In this document: one piece after another, positions 1 to 13,483 of the stretch | How the letters are laid out: each line of letters opens with the position of its first letter | How positions within the stretch are numbered: position 1 is the stretch's first letter | NCBI RefSeq assembly: GCF_902652985.1 | Contig: NC_047033.1 | Coordinates: 25,482,001-25,546,000, forward strand | Length of the DNA stretch: 64,000 bases | Origin: Pecten maximus | Lineage: Eukaryota | Direction of reading: 5' to 3' | Made by a program: the position numbers and the translations under genes | The notes under the pieces: generated by a model | The model's database searches: none | Told to the model about the DNA's origin: nothing | Seen by the model: the letters and a program-made list of their open reading frames with translations, nothing else

Positions 1-253
1 TCGCTGATTGGTCAATAATTTCTAAGCAGAATATGAAAAAAATGGCGGCCGAGAAGGCCATCTCCTGTGAACCGCGACTTTAACCTCAGATTATTTGCAT
101 GACAATAACTATAAACGTCCCACTTTAAGGTAGGATAACATGTTTTTATATTTGTAATGGAGCTGTGAATCCGTTTTTACTACTAGTCATGTGAATAAAG
201 ATGTGTCCATTAGAATGGTGGCAGATAACCGTACGGACCAGTAAATGTCTCCC

Positions 254-473
254 GGGGCCGCGATGGCCGAGTGGTTAATGTGTCCCGACACTTTAACACT
301 AGCCCTCCACCTCTGGGCTGCGAGTTCGAATCCTACGTGGGGCAGTTGCCAGGTACTGACCGTAGGCCGGTGTTTTTCCCCCGGGTACTCCGGCTTTCCT
401 CCACCTCCAAAACCTGGCACGTCCTTAAATGATCCTGGCTGTTAATAGGGCGTTAAACAAAAACAAACAAACA
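254..473 (+). mobile_element. tRNA-derived SINE, full length
   Basis: A box TGGCCGAGTGG, B box GAGTTCGAATCC, core GGGTACTCCGGCTTTCCTCCACC and (AAAC)n tail. 12-bp TSD CAGTAAATGTCT (239-250) / CAGTTAATGTCT (472-483). Four more copies occur in the window. Confidence 0.9.
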
Positions 474-803
474 GTTAATGTCTACCTAACATTTTTCAGG
501 GAAAACTTGACATTCTAGGCATCCTAATACACAATTGTGGTTTTTCAGCACCATGTAGGCCCTTTGGTATCAACGGATATATAAATGTTTCATCTTTGAA
601 ATGAGCCATGCATGATTAAAATCCGATGGTATTTAGCGGAGAAAATAAACTCTGACAGAAAATAGGTCGGTTTTCACGTTCCGGTCAGTTAATTCCCTTG
701 TCAAGGATGTGTAGTCGTGGGTTGGGCCATGCCCGGGAGAGGCTATTTTTTAATATGAAAATTATTTTTTTTGTGATGTAGGTCCGCGCCTACCCACTAT
801 GGG

Positions 804-1013
804 TCAAACTGTTGTAGTCGGTATCTGCGTCTCTTGGGCATTGGCAGTCGGTGATGTCGTTTGTGGCCTGATTTCTTTGAATTGACGGATGAAGATGTAA
901 ATGTTTGGGTGTGCGAGTGGGAACCTGTTCCTAAGCTTGCTTTGCCATCCTTCCAGGTTTCTGGGACCAACATTGTCGAAGTGGTTCCACACTGGCCTGT
1001 CGCCTTCATTCAA
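804..1013 (-). pseudogene. Degraded Mutator-like (MULE) transposase fragment
   Basis: The translation WNHFDNVGPR-NLEGWQSKL...HPNIYIFI resembles the 'WN..PRTNNxxEGWHxxL...HPNIxxFI' segment C-terminal to MULE DDE domains (recalled motif, no search run). The fragment is short and isolated. Confidence 0.6.
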
Positions 1014-2212
1014 CTCATTAAGTAGTGAAATAGTGTCATGTCATGCATGTTCTAGATCTTGACGTCGTTTACAACATGTTACTTACAAATACTGGGTATT
1101 ACGTGTACAACAAACTAACTTTTTGAATGCAGTCTCACGTAATTAGATATGGAGCCCCGTATATAGCAGTAAATTTGAAATCAACACCAATAACATCGCG
1201 AAAGGCTATCTCTTTAGCTCAGTGGGAGGATGTCCACTTAGATAGCAAAAGGTCTCCGAGTTATGTCTCAAGTATAAGTGTTGCATATTCTGAATGTATT
1301 GCTATTAAATCAAACCATGTATAATTCAAAATTGATTTGAAACTGTAGGCATGATAACACAGGCTCTTTTCATTACTGAACATTGGTACAAGGATCATGA
1401 TTTAATCACAGGGACACAATTCCCAACTCACGTATGGACGTAGGTTTTGAGTTCGTGCTGAGTCCCTGAAGCAGCATTCCAGAGCTCAATTATAGTTGAG
1501 ATTCATTCATTACCAATGGCCTTCAAAACTCCAGCTACCGTCAAACACACATGGCACAAAACGAAATATAGGTCCTGTCGACAAGTTTTCTAATTGTCAA
1601 CACGCAGGTTCCGTAGTTTGACTATGTACATGTAATATATAAACAGACTGACGAATCTTTGGTTACACACCGCACACTAAAAGACGTAAGTATTACAGTT
1701 TTATAAAAGTCTTTATTACGTAGTTTTTATAAAATGTTGATATCATGATTACTACTATACAACGGAGTTACAATGACGTAATTTAGAAAACATTGTATTC
1801 GGATACTGATCATTAACACCGTATTACATTACGATCTGTCTTGAAGGAGAATCGAATTATATTTGTACCCAACACAAAATTATTCGGATATCTGGCCATC
1901 AAACCAGCGTAATATGAATTTTGACTCACAAAGAGGTATGGTATATATTGGCCTGTTTTGAACTAGTGGTGACCGTTTTCAGAATAAAAGAATAAATGTA
2001 AAAAATGTCTGTTTATATCTTTAAAATAAAGATATTTTTATTTGCAAAACAAATATGTTTGTTAGTTACAATGGACATTCATTAAATGACTTTAAAGTTG
2101 CATCATCTGGCTATTCGCAACTTTCGAACAGGTCTATTTTACTTCACAATCCATTTTTAACGCAAAGCGCGTATATGGACCATGGCGATCTTTTTGGTAT
2201 GGTGAAAATCAC

Positions 2213-2555
2213 TTGTATTCCAGGATCTTAAATGTATTTTGGGATGTAAAATGAATTTCGGGATCCTAAATATATTCCGGGATCTTAAATGTATTCCGGG
2301 ATCCTCAATATATTCCGGGATCTTAAATGTATTCCGGGATCTAAAATGTATTCCGGTATCCTCAATATATTCCGGGATCTTAAATGTATTCCCGAGAGCT
2401 TTTATGTATTCTTTTGATCATAAATGAATTTCAGGATGTAAAATATATTCCGGGATCTAAAATATATCCATGGATTTCAAATGAATTCCGAAAGTTTCAA
2501 GTATTCATGGAGCTCAAATGTGTTCCGGGATCTTGAATGTATTCTTGGAATCTTC
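2213..2555. repeat. Degenerate 19-bp tandem repeat (AATGTATTCCGGGATCTTA) upstream of ACS copy 1
   Basis: TTCCGGG recurs at 2294, 2313 and 2332. More decayed versions precede every copy (~7570-8010, 12950-13385, 27380-27795, 33080-33545). Confidence 0.8.
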
Positions 2556-2683
2556 AATGCATTAATTATGAGTCCATAAGGTATTTTATGTTGAAGGCCG
2601 AGTATATGAAGTATTTAATGTTTTAAATGGATGTTTTATTCATGATATTCATACTTTATATATTTTCCAGTAGATTACCAACT

Positions 2684-4341
2684 ATGACCGATTTAAGCTT
2701 CATCAACAAACCCCAGTCACAACCGATCAAATACAAGTCCATTATTGACGTTTTCAATGAGAATGCGAGCGAGTTTCCGGAGAAGGAAATATGCATCCAG
2801 CGTTTCCCTGACGGATCTCGACGTCCGATAACCTACAGCGACCTGAAGCGGAAGTCAATGAGGACTGCTTCGTACCTGGTGGGTCAAGGTATTAAAGTAG
2901 GAGATAAAGTAGGAATCGCGGGTCAGAACTCGATAGAATGGATCATCGGGGAGCTAGCTATCCTCATGGCAGGCGCCGTCAGTGTTCATCTGCCAATGTT
3001 CGAAGGGAATTTCCGGAAGACCCTCGAAGGAATACAGATTTCAGAATGTAAGTCAGCTCTACTTGATCCAGAGAACGACGTCAAGTTTTTAGAAGACATC
3101 GAGGAATATGTAAGCAACAATCCATCAAATGAAAGAAGTGGATCAGAGAACCTGGTCTTTGTCCTACTCCGGAAGCATGGGAAATCTACCCTACCTGATG
3201 TGGAATCAATGGAAAAATCAGATGAATCTCACACAGAGCGGAAACTTCCTCGAATCTTTCCGGAGACCACGGCCATTATTTTATGACATCTGGTTCAACA
3301 GGAAAGCCTAAAATGGTTGAATATACACATTTAGCATTAGTTAACACGGGATCCGCTTACATGTTCACTCGCGGTGTCGGCGAGAAAGGGGAATCATTCT
3401 TCAACGATCGACCTTTCTCCTGGATGGGAGGTAGTATTATATACTGTCTACTACAGGCGGACACAAGAGTGTTTCGGGATGGCAGGATAACTGCGAAAGG
3501 AGGCGATATTATGGACCTCTGGAATATCATCATGGAAGAAAAATGCACCAGTGGTCTTTTCCTGCCTTTCACCATCTATGATATGTTGCAGAACAAAGAT
3601 AAAATCGCCAAGACAGGATACCGAATGAAATCCGTCATCACTGGAGGTCAAATAATCAAACGTAAAGAGACAGGGATTCTAGGAGAGGTTTGTGAAAGCT
3701 TGTACATGCTGTATGGGTCAACAGAGGTAGGCATAGTGACTTACTGTCAAATAGACGGACGCATGGAAACTGGACGTCTTGGGTCCGTTTTCCCCGGAGT
3801 TCAAATCAAAGTCGTTGGTGAAGATTTGAATACGGTTGTTCGTGGGGAAATGGGTACACTTTATATAAAATCACCTTGGATGTTGAAAGGATACTTCAAC
3901 GCAACAGAAGATCAAAATAAATCCATTGTAGACGGCTGGATGAATACAGGAGACGTCGGGATTCTAAGGACAGACGGACAACTCATAATCAAAGGGAAAA
4001 TGAACAATATCATCAAACGAGGCACTCTAAAAGTGCTATCGGGGGAGGTTGAAGAATGCATAGCCACAATTGCAGGCGTGAAAGATGCTGTTGTCATCGC
4101 AGTTCCAGATCCCCGGTTGTATGAAGAGGTTTGCGCATGCGTTGTGTTAGATAAAAATACCTCAGTTACCATACAGGATGTTCGGACTCGCTGCGCAGAA
4201 AACCTTGGCGACAATGTCGTAGGACAAGCCCCCACTTTTTATCTCGTGTTTGATACACTGCCACAGCTAGGAACGGGAAAACCGGACAAGGTCAAAATTA
4301 AACAGGACGCAATGAGCAGATTGGGCATCAATACTCAGTAA
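2684..4341 (+). pseudogene. Acyl-CoA synthetase / AMP-binding enzyme (ANL superfamily), copy 1, frameshifted
   Basis: Near-identical to copies 2 and 3. It lacks one C at 3282/3283 (ATTTT^ATGACA vs ATTTTCATGACA) just before the TSGSTGKPK P-loop, giving 1658 bp vs 1659. This could be an assembly indel. Confidence 0.8.
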
Positions 4342-4989
4342 ACTGTTAACGATCTGCAGAGACGTGCTCTTTTACATAATTTTGATAAACTTAGAGTTTT
4401 ATTAATGGTCCTTTAGGTCGAGCAGGATCGCGTACCTTAATTTAGGCGTGATATAGATGATGGAACTCTCCAGATCATATACTTAACCAGGTCTTAAACC
4501 AGATAATACATTTTCAATTTTAACTTTATTGTATTAAAGATATCCAGATCTTTATAACAAAGGAAGCTTTTTTGTTTTTATTTTTGGTATATTAATTTCT
4601 ATGGTTTGTAAAAGCTGCAATTTAGCCAAGGCGGATTAGACCACGTCATCTATTGTTCTTGAATTGTGGAGGATTGCTCATGTGTTTATTAAGTTGCTTT
4701 TGTAACTCGTAACTCGTGACCAATAGGATACTCAGTGTCGGTTGTTGCGTGTGGATGTTTATGTCATGCAGGTAGCTACTGTTATAGACGAACGGCATTT
4801 GTCACTTTGACTACTTTCCCCCTACAGCAGTAGCTACAGGTCCTAACTAATCTAATGACTTCATTAATCCAATTCATCAAAATTTGCACCTTACGTGATT
4901 AACATTTAAGGGGCTAAATAATTGGAGACAACATGTAGACATTTCAAAACACTCGATTAAAGTATGTATCGGTGAATGGTCTCCAAAAA

Positions 4990-6165
4990 AAGACACCAAA
5001 CGTACACCACAACGTCAACACAAGACATCAAACGTACACCACAACGTCAACACACGACACCAAACGTACACCACAACGTCAACACACGACACCAAACGTA
5101 CACCACAACGTCAACACAAGACACCAAACTTACACCAGTGTCAACACAAGACACCAAACTTACACCACAGTGTCAACACAAGACACCAAACTTACACCAC
5201 AACGTCAACACACGACACCAAACGTACACCACAACGTCAACACACGACACCAAACGTACACCACAACGTCAACACACGACACCAAACTTACACCACAACG
5301 TCAACACAAGACACCAAACTTACACCACAACGTCAACACAAGACACCAAACTTACACCACAACGTCAACACAAGACACCAAACTTACACCACAGTGTCAA
5401 CACAAGACACCAAACATACACCAGTGTCAACACAAGACACCAAACGTACACCACAGTGTCAACACAAGACACCAAACATACACCACAACGTCAACACAAG
5501 ACACCAAACGTACACCACAACATCAACACAAGACACCAAACGTACACCACAGTGTCAAAACAAGTCACCTAACGTACACCACAACGTCAACACACGACTC
5601 CAAACGTACACCACAGTGTCAACACAAGACTCAAAACGTACACCACAGTGTCAACACAAGACACCAAACGTACACCACAGTGTCAACACAAGACACCAAA
5701 CATACACCACAATGTCAACACACGACACCAAACATACACCACAACGTCAACACACGACACCAAACGTACACCACAGTGTCAACACAAGACACCAAACGTA
5801 CACCACAACGTCTACACAAGACACCAAACTCACACCACAGTGTCAACACAAGACACCAAACTTACACCACAACGTCTACACAAGACACCAAACGTACACC
5901 ACAGTGTCAACACAAGACACCAAACATACACCATAGTGTCAACACACGACACCAAACTTACACCACAAGATACCAAACATACACCAGAACGTCAACACAA
6001 GACATCATACGTACACCACACTGTCAACACAGGACACCAAACTGACACCACAGTGTCAACATAAGACACCAAAGTTACACGAAAGTGTCAACATACATCA
6101 AATGTACACCACAGTGTCAACACACGAAATCAAACGTACACCATAGTGTCAACACAAGACACGAA
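4990..6165. repeat. 32-bp minisatellite (ACACAAGACACCAAACGTACACCACAACGTCA), array 1
   Basis: 32-nt period, so three units give the 32-aa repeat seen in all three + frames. Confidence 0.95.
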
Positions 6166-8108
6166 ATTTACACAACGAAACAATGCAGCGACAAACTCAT
6201 ATACACTGTATACGATATAAAATAGCCATGTACGGTAATCTTCTTTTTCTGGATACTACGAATTGAAAGAGAAAGTCATTGTTGATAATCGGTATCAGAT
6301 AATGAATGGACATTTCATTGTTAGAAAAACAAATCGTTGCATAACAGAAATTTTAGAATTTGCTCCGACTGGCGAAACAATGTTGGTATTTGAAATAACC
6401 ATGCAGTATTCAGCCACAGGCACGGGCATGGAATAATTTCAAACATCAGTGAAACAAAAAAAAATTAAGAAGCGATACAACATCTTTCTATATCATTATA
6501 TTCATGTACTATGTACACAGATTGACGAATATTAGGTTGCATATCATACACTGGAAGACGTAAGTATTATAGTCGTATAAAAGTTTTTAATTACTTGTTT
6601 TGATGAAATTTTAATTTCATAATTATAACAGTAGAATGGAGTTACAATGACGTAATTTAGAAAACATTGTGTTCCGATACTGATCATTAATACGCGTATT
6701 ACATTACCTTCTATGTGGTATTAATTAGTACGTACATAAAGGCTTTAAGAATAATCAAATTATATTTGTACCCAACACAAAATATCCGGATATCTGGCCA
6801 TCAAACCAGCTTGATATGATTTTTTGTATTCACAAAGAGGAAAGATAAACCTTAAATCTATGAAATATACATATTCTTATTTGCGCAAAAAGTGTTTGTT
6901 AATTGCAATGAATATTCATTAAATGACCGTAAACTTGCATCACCTGGCTATTCGCAACTTTCAAATGAGTCAATTTTAATTCACAATCCGGTCAAAACGC
7001 ACAGCGATCTATTTTGCTACTGTGAAAATCACTGTGGTCACGTGACATTTTACCTGTATTTTCAGCCCAGATTATCGCTGTACGAACGACCATACTTCTT
7101 TACAGGACGACAATCAAAACTGACTTCAAATCCCTACATCGTAACCAGCAAGGTGATTACAGGTATTTATACACATGTGACTTCCTTGATATCATATAGT
7201 TAGTACTACAGATCCGTGTAATCAAAGTTTACAGCCATATTGGCCATATTCCCGGTGGCAGTTTTCCTTTCACGACGTTGTTTTCTGAAAGTCAACCTAA
7301 AGATCGTTACTCGTAGCATATTCCGGGAAACGTTTTCCATCAGTCATTGATAGAAAGATTGTTGACAAATTATTAGTAAGATGCATTGATTTGAAATATG
7401 TGATGTTAAAACAACCTAATCATTGATGGTTTCCAATTGGTTTTGGGACCTAATGGGTAAATTGAAATTGACGAACATTAATTAGGTCTTGAAAACACAC
7501 GGTACTCAGTATCATTTAAGTATCGGAAAAGAGGTTATTCACTTATATATATATTCAAGTTTTATGAACTTGAATTATTCGTGGAAGCTTAAAATTATTC
7601 CGAGAACTTAATTGCATTTGTGGGCGTTCAAATGTGTTCCAGGAAACTTAAACTATTTCATGGATCTTAAATGTATTCATGGGATCTTAATTTTATTCGG
7701 GGATCCAAAAACGTATCCTAGGGAACTTAAATAAATTACCGGAATCTTGAATACATTTCCAGGAGCTTCAATGTATTCCAAGATCAATAATGCATTCCTG
7801 GGAGCTTAAAGTATTACGGGAACTTAAAATATATTCTCGGGAACTTACAGAATTTTTTTTTGGGAGCTTAAATGTATTCCGTGATCTTATATGTATTCCG
7901 GGATTTTAAATGTATTCCGGGATATATATTAAATGTATTGCTTAAGCTAAATGGTATTCCCATGAACTAAAATGCATAAAATGTAACTTGCATGTATTCT
8001 TGGAGTCTTGGAGTACATCATGTATTTCATATTTCAAGTTGAATTATTTAATGTTTTATATTGGTCATGATATTTATACTGTATGTATTTTCCAGTGGAT
8101 TACCAACT

Positions 8109-9767
8109 ATGACCGAGTTAAGCTTCATCAACAAACCCCAGTCACAACCGATCAAATACAAGTCCATTATTGACGTTTTCAATGAGAATGCGAGCGAGTT
8201 TCCGGAGAAGGAAATATGCATCCAGCGTTTTCCTGACGGATCACGACGTCCGATAACCTACAGCGACCTGAAGCGGAAGGCAATGAGGACTGCTTCGTAC
8301 CTGGTGGGTCAAGGTATTAAAGTAGGAGATAAAGTAGGAATCGCGGGTCCTAACTCTATAGAATGGATCATCGGGGAGCTAGCTATCCTCATGGCCGGCG
8401 CCGTTAGTGTTCATCTGCCTATGTTCGAAGGGAATTTCCGGAAGACCCTCGAAGGAATACAGATTTCAGAATGTAAGTCAGTTCTACTTGATCCAGAGAA
8501 TGACGTCAAGTTTGTAAAAGACATCGAGGAATATGTAAGCAACAATCCGTCAAATGAAAGAAGTGGATCAGATAACCTGGTCTTTGTCCTACTCCGGAAG
8601 ATTGGGAAATCTTTCCTACCTGATTTGGAATCAATGGAAATATCAGATGAACCTCACACAGAGCGGAAACTCCCTCGAATCTTTCCGGAGACCACGGCCA
8701 TTATTTTCATGACATCTGGTTCAACAGGAAAGCCTAAAATGGTTGAATGTACACATTTAGCATTAGTAAACACGGGATCCGCTTACATGTTCACTCGCGG
8801 TGTCGGCGAGAAAGGGGAATCATTCTTCAACGATCGACCTTTCTCCTGGATGGGAGGTAGTATTATATACTGTCTACTACAGGCGGACACAAGAGTGTTT
8901 CGGGATGGCAGGATAACTGCGAAAGGAGGCGATATTATGGACCTCTGGAATATCATCATGGAAGAAAAATGCACCAGTGGTCTTTTCCTGCCGTTCACCA
9001 TCTATGATATGCTGCAGAACAAAGATAAAATCGCCAAGACAGGATACCGAATGAAATCCGTCATCACTGGAGGTCAAATAATCAAACGTAAAGAGACAGG
9101 GATTCTAGGCGAGGTTTGTGAAAGCTTGTACATGCTGTATGGGTCAACAGAGGTAGGCATAGTGACTTACTGTCAAATAGACGGACGCATGGAAACTGGA
9201 CGTCTTGGGTCCGTTTTCCCTGGAGTTCAAATAAAAGTTGTTGGTGAAGATTTGAACACGGTTGTTCGTGGAGAAATGGGTACACTTTATATAAAATCAC
9301 CTTGGATGTTGAAAGGATACTTCAACGCAACAGAAGATCAAAATAAATCCATTGTAGACGGCTGGATGAATACAGGAGACGTCGGGATTCTAAGGACAGA
9401 CGGACAACTCATAATCAAAGGGAAAATGAACAATATCATCAAACGAGGCACTCTAAAAGTGCTATCGGGGGAGGTTGAAGAATGCATAGCCACAATTGCA
9501 GGCGTGAAAGATGCTGTTGTCATCGCCGTTCCAGATCCCCGGTTGTATGAAGAGGTTTGCGCATGCGTTGTGTTAGATAAACATGCATCAGTTACCATAC
9601 AGGATGTTCGGACTCGCTGCGCAGAAAACCTTGGCGACAATGTCGTAGGACAAGCCCCTACATTTTATCTCGAGTTTGATACACTGCCACAACTAGGAAC
9701 GGGAAAACCGGACAAGGTCAAAATTAAACAGGACGCAATGAGCAGATTGGGCATCAATACTCAATAA
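8109..9767 (+). CDS. Acyl-CoA synthetase / AMP-binding enzyme (ANL superfamily, ACSF2/4CL/luciferase-like), copy 2, intact, 552 aa
   Basis: Motifs A3 TSGSTGKPK, A5 YGSTE, A7 TGD, A8-like IIKRG..GEVE and A10 PQLGTGK. The ATG lies 13 nt after a TTTTCCAG splice acceptor. The CDS has no introns. Confidence 0.93.
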   Translation: MTELSFINKPQSQPIKYKSIIDVFNENASEFPEKEICIQRFPDGSRRPITYSDLKRKAMRTASYLVGQGIKVGDKVGIAGPNSIEWIIGELAILMAGAVSVHLPMFEGNFRKTLEGIQISECKSVLLDPENDVKFVKDIEEYVSNNPSNERSGSDNLVFVLLRKIGKSFLPDLESMEISDEPHTERKLPRIFPETTAIIFMTSGSTGKPKMVECTHLALVNTGSAYMFTRGVGEKGESFFNDRPFSWMGGSIIYCLLQADTRVFRDGRITAKGGDIMDLWNIIMEEKCTSGLFLPFTIYDMLQNKDKIAKTGYRMKSVITGGQIIKRKETGILGEVCESLYMLYGSTEVGIVTYCQIDGRMETGRLGSVFPGVQIKVVGEDLNTVVRGEMGTLYIKSPWMLKGYFNATEDQNKSIVDGWMNTGDVGILRTDGQLIIKGKMNNIIKRGTLKVLSGEVEECIATIAGVKDAVVIAVPDPRLYEEVCACVVLDKHASVTIQDVRTRCAENLGDNVVGQAPTFYLEFDTLPQLGTGKPDKVKIKQDAMSRLGINTQ

Positions 9768-10481
9768 ACTGCTAACGATCTGCAGAAACGTTCTCTTTTA
9801 CATAATGTTGATAAACTTAGAGTTTCATTAATGGGCCTTTAGGTCGAGCAGGAATGCGTACCTTAATTTAGGCGTGATATATATGATGAAACTCTCCAGA
9901 TCATATACTCAACCAGGTCTTAAACCAGATAATACATTTTCAATTTTAACTTCATTGTATTAAAGATATCCAGATCTTTATATCAAAGGAAGCTTTTGTT
10001 TTGTTTTTATTTTTGGTATATTAATTTCTATGGTTTGTAAAAGCTGTTTATTTAGACATTTTGATTGTTAGCCCAGGCGGATTAGACCACTTCATCTATT
10101 GTTCTTGAATTCGGAGGATTGCTAATCTGTTTATTAAGTTGCTTTTGTAGCTCGTAACTCGTGACCAATAGGATATTCAGTGTCGGTTGTTGCGTGTGGA
10201 TGTTTATGTCATGCATGTATATGTTAAGGGTCATGCAGGTAGCTACTGTTATAAACGAACGGCATTTGTCACTTTGACTACTTTCCCCCTACAGCAGTAG
10301 CTACAGGTCCTAACTAAACTAATGACTTTATTTATCCTATTCATCAAAATGTGCACCTTACGTATTCATGTTAACTTGTAACTAAATGATTAACATTTCA
10401 GGGGCTAAATAATTGGGGACAACATGTAGACATTTCAAAACACTCGATTAAAGTATGAATCGGTGAATGGTCTCCAAAAAA

Positions 10482-11545
10482 AGACACCAAACGTACACCA
10501 CAACGTCAACACAAGACACCAAACGTACACCACAACGTCAACACAAGACACCAAACGTACACCACAACGTCAACACAAGACACCACACGTACACCACAAC
10601 GTCAACACAAGACACCAAACGTACACCACAGTGTCAACACAAGACACCAAACTTACACCACAACGTCAACACAAGACACCAAACGTACACCAAAGTGTCA
10701 ACACAAGACACCAAACATACACCACAATGTCAACACAAGACACCAAACGTACACCACAACGTCAACACAAGACACCAAACGTACACCACAACGTCAACAC
10801 AATACACCAAACATACACCACAACGTCAACACACGACACCAAACATACACCACAACGTCAACACAAGTCATCAAACGTACACCACACTGTCAAAACAAGA
10901 CACCAAACGTACACCACAACGTCAACACACTACACCAAACGTACACCACAACGTCAACACAAGTCCTCAAACGTACACCACACTGTCAACACAAGTCACC
11001 AAACGCACACCACAGTGTCAACACAAGACACCAAACATACACCACAACGTCAACACAAGACACCAAACTTACACCACAGTGTCAACACATGACACCAAAC
11101 ATACACCACAACGTCAACACAAGACACCAAACATACACCAGAACGTCAACACACGACACCAAACGTACACCACAGTGTCAACACAAGACACCAAACGCAC
11201 ACCACAGTGTCAACACAAGACACCAAACATACACCACAATGTCAACACACGACACCAAACGTACACCACAACGTCTACACAAGACACCAAACTTACACCA
11301 CAGTGTCAACACAAGACACCAAACGTACACCACAACGTCAACACAAGACACCAAACATACACCAGAACGTCAACACATGACATCATACGTACACCACACT
11401 GTCAACACAGGACACCAAACTGACACCACAGTGTCAACATAAGACACCAAAGTTACACCAAAGTGTCAACATACATCAAATGTACACCACAGTGTCAACA
11501 CACAAAATCAAACGTACACCATAGTGTCAACACAATACACGAAAT
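10482..11545. repeat. 32-bp minisatellite, array 2
   Basis: Same unit and same flanks (GGTGAATGGTCTC left, GAAATTTACACAA right) as array 1. Confidence 0.95.
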
Positions 11546-13483
11546 TTACACAACGAAACAATGCAGCGACAAACTCATATACACTGTATACGATATAAAA
11601 TAGCCATGTACGGTAATCTTCTTTTTCTGGATACTACGAATTGAAAGAGAAAGTCATTGTTGATAATCGGTATCAGATAATGAATGGACGTTTCATTGTT
11701 AGAAAAACAAATCGTTGCATAACAGAAATTTTAGAATTTGCTCCGACTGGCGAAACAATGTTGGTATTTGAAATAACCATGCAGTATTCAGCCACAGGCA
11801 CGGGCATGGAATAATTTCAAACATCAGTGAAACAAAACAAAATTAAGAAGCGATTCAACAACATCTTTATAATCATTATATTCATGTACTATGTACACAG
11901 ATTGACGAATATTAGGTTGCATATCATACACTGGAAGACGTAAGTATTATAGTCGTATAAAAGTTTTTAATTACTTGTTTTGATGAAATTTTAATTTCAT
12001 AATTATAACAGTAGAATGGAGTTACAATGACGTAATTTATAAAACATTGTGTTCCGATACTGATCATTAATACGCGTATTACATTACCTTCTATGTGGTA
12101 TTAATTAGTACGTACATAAACGCTTTAAGAATAATCAAATTATATTTGTACCCAACACAAAATATCCGGATATCTGGCCATCAAACCAGCTTGATATGAT
12201 TTTTTGTATTCACAAAGAGGAGAGATAAACCTTAAATCTATGAAATATACATATTCTTATTTGCGCAAAAAGTGTTTGTTAATTGCAATGAATATTCATT
12301 AAATGACCGTAAACTTGCATCACCTGGCTATTCGCAACTTTCAAATGAGTCAATTTTAATTCACAATCCGGTCAAAACGCACAGCGATCTATTTTGCTAC
12401 TGTGAAAATCACTGTGGTCACGTGACATTTTACCTGTATGTTTTAGCCCAGATTATCGCTGTGCGAACGACCATACTTCTTTACAGGACGACAACCAAAA
12501 CTGACTTCAAATCCCTACATCGTAACCAGCAAGGTGATTGCAGGTAATTATACACATGTGACTTCCTTGATATCATATAGTTAGTACTACAGATCCGTGT
12601 AATCAAAGTTTACAGCCATATTGGCCATATTCCTGGTGGCAGTTTTCCTTTCACGACGTTGTTTTCTGAAAGTCAACCTAAAGATAGTTACTCGTAGCAT
12701 ATTCCGGGAAACGTTTTCCATCAGTCATTGATAGAAAGATTGTTGACGAATTATTAGTAAGATGCATTGATTTGAATTATGTGATGTTAAAACAACCTAA
12801 TCATTGATGGTTTCCAATTGGTTTTGGGACCTAATGGGTAAATTGAAATTGACGAACATTAATTAGGTCTTGAAAACACACGGTACTCAGTATAATTTAA
12901 GTATCGGAAAAGAGGTTATTCACTTAAATATATTCAAGTTTTATGAACTTGGATTATTCGTGGAAGCTTAAACTTATTCCGAGAACTTAATTGCAATTGT
13001 GGGCGTTCAAATGTGTTCCAGGAAACTTAAACTATTTCATGGATCTTAAATGTATTCATGGGATCTTAATTTTATTCGGGGATCCAAAAACGTATCTTAG
13101 GGAACTTAAATAAATTACCGGAATCTTGAATGCATTTCCAGAAGCTTCAATGTATTCCAAGATCAATAATGCATTCTTGGGAGCTTAAAGTATTACGGGA
13201 ACTTAAATATATTCTCGGGAGCTTACAGATTTTTTTGGGGGGGAGCTTGAATGTATTCCGTGATCTTATATGTATTCCGGGATTTTAAATATATTCCGGG
13301 ATATTAAATGTATTGCTTAATCTAAATGGTATTCCCATGAACTAAAATGCATAAAATGTAACTTGTATGTATTCTTGGAGTCTTGGAGTACATCATGTAT
13401 TTCATATTTCAAGTTGAATTATTTAATGTTTTAAATTGGTCATGATATTTATACTGTATATATTTTCCAGTGGATTACCAACT

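Noticed and set aside
254-340. tRNA gene (also 1215-1270, 48730-48800, 53270-53335)
   Set aside because: Only A/B boxes are present, within SINE or decayed repeat bodies. No complete cloverleaf was found.
3357-4235. Antisense ORFs within each ACS copy
   Set aside because: They are shadow frames, repeated only because the sense genes are near-identical.
4990-6165. CRISPR-like 25-47-bp periodicity, here and in the other minisatellites
   Set aside because: The units are contiguous with no unique spacers, there are no cas genes, and the context is eukaryotic.
8061-8108. Hydrophobic N-terminal extension MVMIFILYVFSS suggesting a signal peptide
   Set aside because: It starts at a non-ATG codon and is the polypyrimidine tract and acceptor (TTTTCCAG) read as protein. 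The conserved start is ATGACCGA.
8109-9767. Calling the enzyme a luciferase or assigning the symbol ACSF2
   Set aside because: The motifs support only ANL-superfamily membership. Orthology and activity cannot be determined from this sequence.
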